Shown here: in pieces, positions 61,530-64,000 of the stretch | Position numbering within the stretch: position 1 is the first letter of the stretch | Layout of the letters: each line of letters starts with the position of its first letter | Assembly: GCA_030698625.1 (NCBI GenBank) | Contig: JAUYMS010000048.1 | Location: 154,404 to 218,403 of the forward strand | DNA: 64,000 nt | Direction: 5' to 3' | Origin: Candidatus Omnitrophota bacterium | Lineage (GTDB): Bacteria; Omnitrophota; Omnitrophia; Omnitrophales; Aquincolibacteriaceae | Translations under genes and position numbers: made by a program | The notes under the pieces: model-generated | Databases searched by the model: none | Told to the model about the DNA's origin: nothing | The model's input: the letters and a program-made list of their open reading frames with translations, nothing else

Positions 61530-63278
61530 ATGAAACGACTTAAAGGTATCCCGGTTTCGCCGGGTTTTGTTATTGGTAAGGCCTTTGTTCTTCATAGCGA
61601 GGATTCTTTTTCAGTTGCCCGCCAGACGATCACTCGCGACGATATTCCGAAGCAGATTGCCCATTTTGAAGACGCGTTGACCCGCACACGCGCCGAGATT
61701 CTCGGCGTTCGTAAACATATTGCCTCGCAGATAGGCCGCGAACATTCCGACATTTTTAACGCTCACCTCCTGATTCTAGAAGACCGGACCCTTATCGAGG
61801 ATGTTATTGGTCTCATTAAAAGTGAGAACTGCAATGCGGAGTATGCCTTCGCGAACGTTATTCAGAAGTACTTTCAAGCCTTTTTGCAGATCGACGACGA
61901 TTATTTGCGAGAGAGAATTTCAGACATCAAGGATGTGGGCCGGCGGGTGTTACAAAATCTGTACGGTGCCGAGAAGGGTGTCCTTGAAAAACTAAAAGAG
62001 AACGTCATCATTATTGCGCATGACTTATCGCCGTCAGACACGGCCATGATGGATAAGACCAAAGTCCTCGCTTTTGTTACCGAGATCGGCGGCCCGACGT
62101 CGCATACCGCCATTCTGGGACAGTCGATGGAGATTCCTGCCATTGTTGGTGTCGATCAAGGAACCATTGAGGTCAAGAATGGCGATAGGGTTATCGTTGA
62201 CGGGACTCACGGCTTTCTCATCATCGATCCGGATCAGAAAACGATTGAAGAATACACTCGGGAGGAGAAGAGATTTACCGAGCTCGTTACCGAGCTTGAA
62301 AAACTGCGCGATCTACCCGCTGAGACGACTGACGGCCGTAAGATCATATTGGCTTCAAATATTGAGTTTCCCGACGAAATCCCCTCGGTCATTTCACACG
62401 GCGCTGAGGGAATAGGCTTGTACCGGACAGAATATTTCTACATGAGCCGTGGGGATCTACCGACCGAGGATGAACAGTTTCATGCCTATAAGTTGGTGGT
62501 CGAAAGGATGTCGCCTCACTCCACGATTGTTCGAACCTTGGACTTGGGCGGAGATAAGTTTGTTTCCACGCTCGACGTGCCTCATGAAATGAATCCATTC
62601 CTGGGTTGGCGTGCGATCCGATTTTGTCTTACTCGTGAGGATATATTCAAGACGCAACTTCGTGCCATATTGCGTGCGAGCGCTTTCGGAGACCTTAAAG
62701 TGATGTATCCCATGATCTCGAATGTTGATGAGTTGAGATCGGCGAACGCTATCCTTGATGCGTGTAAGGGAGAGCTTAGGGTGGAAAAGATAAAATTTAA
62801 TGAGAAAATACAGGTAGGCGCAATGATTGAGATCCCTTCGGCCGCCATTACTAGTGACATCCTGGCCGAAGAGGTGGAATTCTTCTCCATTGGATCGAAT
62901 GATCTTATCCAGTATTCGCTAGCGGTGGACCGGGTTAATGAGAAAATCGCATATTTATATGAGCCGACGCATCCCGCAATCTTGAGGCTAATTAAGAGCG
63001 TTATCGAAAGCGGTCATCGGAAGAAACTACCTGTGGGCATTTGCGGTGAAATGTCGGGAGATCCCGGCGTGGCTGTTCTGTTGGTAGGGCTGGAGATCGA
63101 CGAGATCAGCACCAGCCCCGCGATGCTGCCGAAGGTAAAGAGGGCGATTCGTGCCGTGAGTTTTAAGGAAGCGAAAAAGATTGCACAGCGCGCGCTTGAG
63201 TTCTCAACCGGTTCGGAAGTTCGAGATTTTCTCATCGCTAAACTGAAAAGCATCGCAAGTGATTTGATCCCGGAATAA
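61530..63278 (+). CDS. ptsI: PTS enzyme I
   Basis: TSHTAI, GLYRTE, RT.D.GGDK, SIGSNDL, CGE. Confidence 0.96.
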   Translation: MKRLKGIPVSPGFVIGKAFVLHSEDSFSVARQTITRDDIPKQIAHFEDALTRTRAEILGVRKHIASQIGREHSDIFNAHLLILEDRTLIEDVIGLIKSENCNAEYAFANVIQKYFQAFLQIDDDYLRERISDIKDVGRRVLQNLYGAEKGVLEKLKENVIIIAHDLSPSDTAMMDKTKVLAFVTEIGGPTSHTAILGQSMEIPAIVGVDQGTIEVKNGDRVIVDGTHGFLIIDPDQKTIEEYTREEKRFTELVTELEKLRDLPAETTDGRKIILASNIEFPDEIPSVISHGAEGIGLYRTEYFYMSRGDLPTEDEQFHAYKLVVERMSPHSTIVRTLDLGGDKFVSTLDVPHEMNPFLGWRAIRFCLTREDIFKTQLRAILRASAFGDLKVMYPMISNVDELRSANAILDACKGELRVEKIKFNEKIQVGAMIEIPSAAITSDILAEEVEFFSIGSNDLIQYSLAVDRVNEKIAYLYEPTHPAILRLIKSVIESGHRKKLPVGICGEMSGDPGVAVLLVGLEIDEISTSPAMLPKVKRAIRAVSFKEAKKIAQRALEFSTGSEVRDFLIAKLKSIASDLIPE

Positions 63279-63365
63279 TAATACTTCGCGTAAGGTCTCC
63301 TTATTCCCACTTATTGAGGCAATAAAAAAGCCGGGACAAGACAAAAAACCCTGGAAATAGGAGCC

Positions 63366-63394
63366 TTGACAGCCGGCCTGACAGACGAGATAAT
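63366..63394 (+). promoter_or_regulatory. sigma70 promoter of metK
   Basis: TTGACA-N17-GATAAT. Confidence 0.65.
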
Positions 63395-63447
63395 GCTCAA
63401 CTCGACGTGTCGCAGGTCTCATAAATCATAGGAGGAGAGGAGATATC

Positions 63448-64000
63448 ATGAAGACAGACCGCCATCTATTTACTTCAGAATCAGTTAGTGAGGGGCATCC
63501 CGATAAACTGTGTGACCAGATATCGGATGCGATTCTTGACGCCCTCTTGGAGCAGGACCCGAAATCCCGCGTTGCTTGCGAGTGTCTGGTGACCACCGGT
63601 TCGGTGGTTGTGGCCGGAGAGGTCACGAGCACTGCTTACGTGGAAATTCCGCAGGTCGTCCGTGGAGTTATCCGGGATGTCGGTTATACGAATGCCGACT
63701 TCGGATTTGATTATAAAACCTGCGGTATTTTTGTGGCCATTCAGCAGCAGTCTCCTGACATCGCCATGGGCGTTGATACCGGTGGTGCCGGTGATCAGGG
63801 AATGATGTTCGGGTATGCGACAGATGAAACGCCGGAACTCATGCCGCTTCCTATCATGCTGTCACATCGTCTCGTGCGGCAGCAGGCAGCCCTTCGTAAG
63901 AGTGGAAAACTTCCGTACCTGCGTCCCGATGCCAAAAGTCAAGTGTCGGTGGAGTACAATGAGGGACTGCCTGTTCGTGTCGACACTGTCGTCTTAAGTA
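63448..64000 (+). CDS. metK: S-adenosylmethionine synthetase (3'-truncated by window; absent from the ORF track)
   Basis: [38 protein letters not shown]; strong AGGAGGAGAGG RBS. Confidence 0.96.
   Translation, partial: MKTDRHLFTSESVSEGHPDKLCDQISDAILDALLEQDPKSRVACECLVTTGSVVVAGEVTSTAYVEIPQVVRGVIRDVGYTNADFGFDYKTCGIFVAIQQQSPDIAMGVDTGGAGDQGMMFGYATDETPELMPLPIMLSHRLVRQQAALRKSGKLPYLRPDAKSQVSVEYNEGLPVRVDTVVLS

Noticed and set aside
63279-63447. SAM riboswitch before metK
   Set aside because: The predicted leader is only about 50 nt and lacks recognisable SAM-I/II/V cores

Overview
Dense, almost entirely + strand housekeeping region of a diderm bacterium. The gene order and families are suggestive of Omnitrophota/PVC, but this is an inference. 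In order: a NifA-like sigma54 activator with glnB/K-glnA; lpxB, a Gfo/Idh/MocA oxidoreductase and msbA; hom-thrC-apgM-like-lysC-cimA-valS-cbiZ-rluA-nadC-uvrB; an eda-like gene; ilvBNC-leuA-aroE-pilD-aroCKB; dprA-RDD-hyp-(thiS::topA)-xerC; a large LPS core/lipid A cluster; hldA-kdsB-pyrG-kdsA-kdsD-lpxL-lptC(A)-lptB-hpf-ptsN-yvcK-ptsH-ptsI; and a partial metK. I saw no rRNA, tRNA, CRISPR array or mobile element. Most notable: (1) an in-frame ThiS/ubiquitin-like::DNA topoisomerase I fusion; (2) a NifA-type GAF activator apparently driving PII-glnA from a sigma54 promoter with a non-canonical palindromic UAS; (3) three intact ORFs that have lost their catalytic residues (ApgM-like, Eda-like, alpha/beta-hydrolase-like); (4) four apparently leaderless genes; (5) a recurrent 23-bp promoter-upstream motif; (6) a candidate Ile/Leu/Val leader-peptide attenuator; (7) LPS enzyme fusions plus a PilZ protein in the LPS operon. 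All family calls come from recognising motifs by eye; no searches were run.
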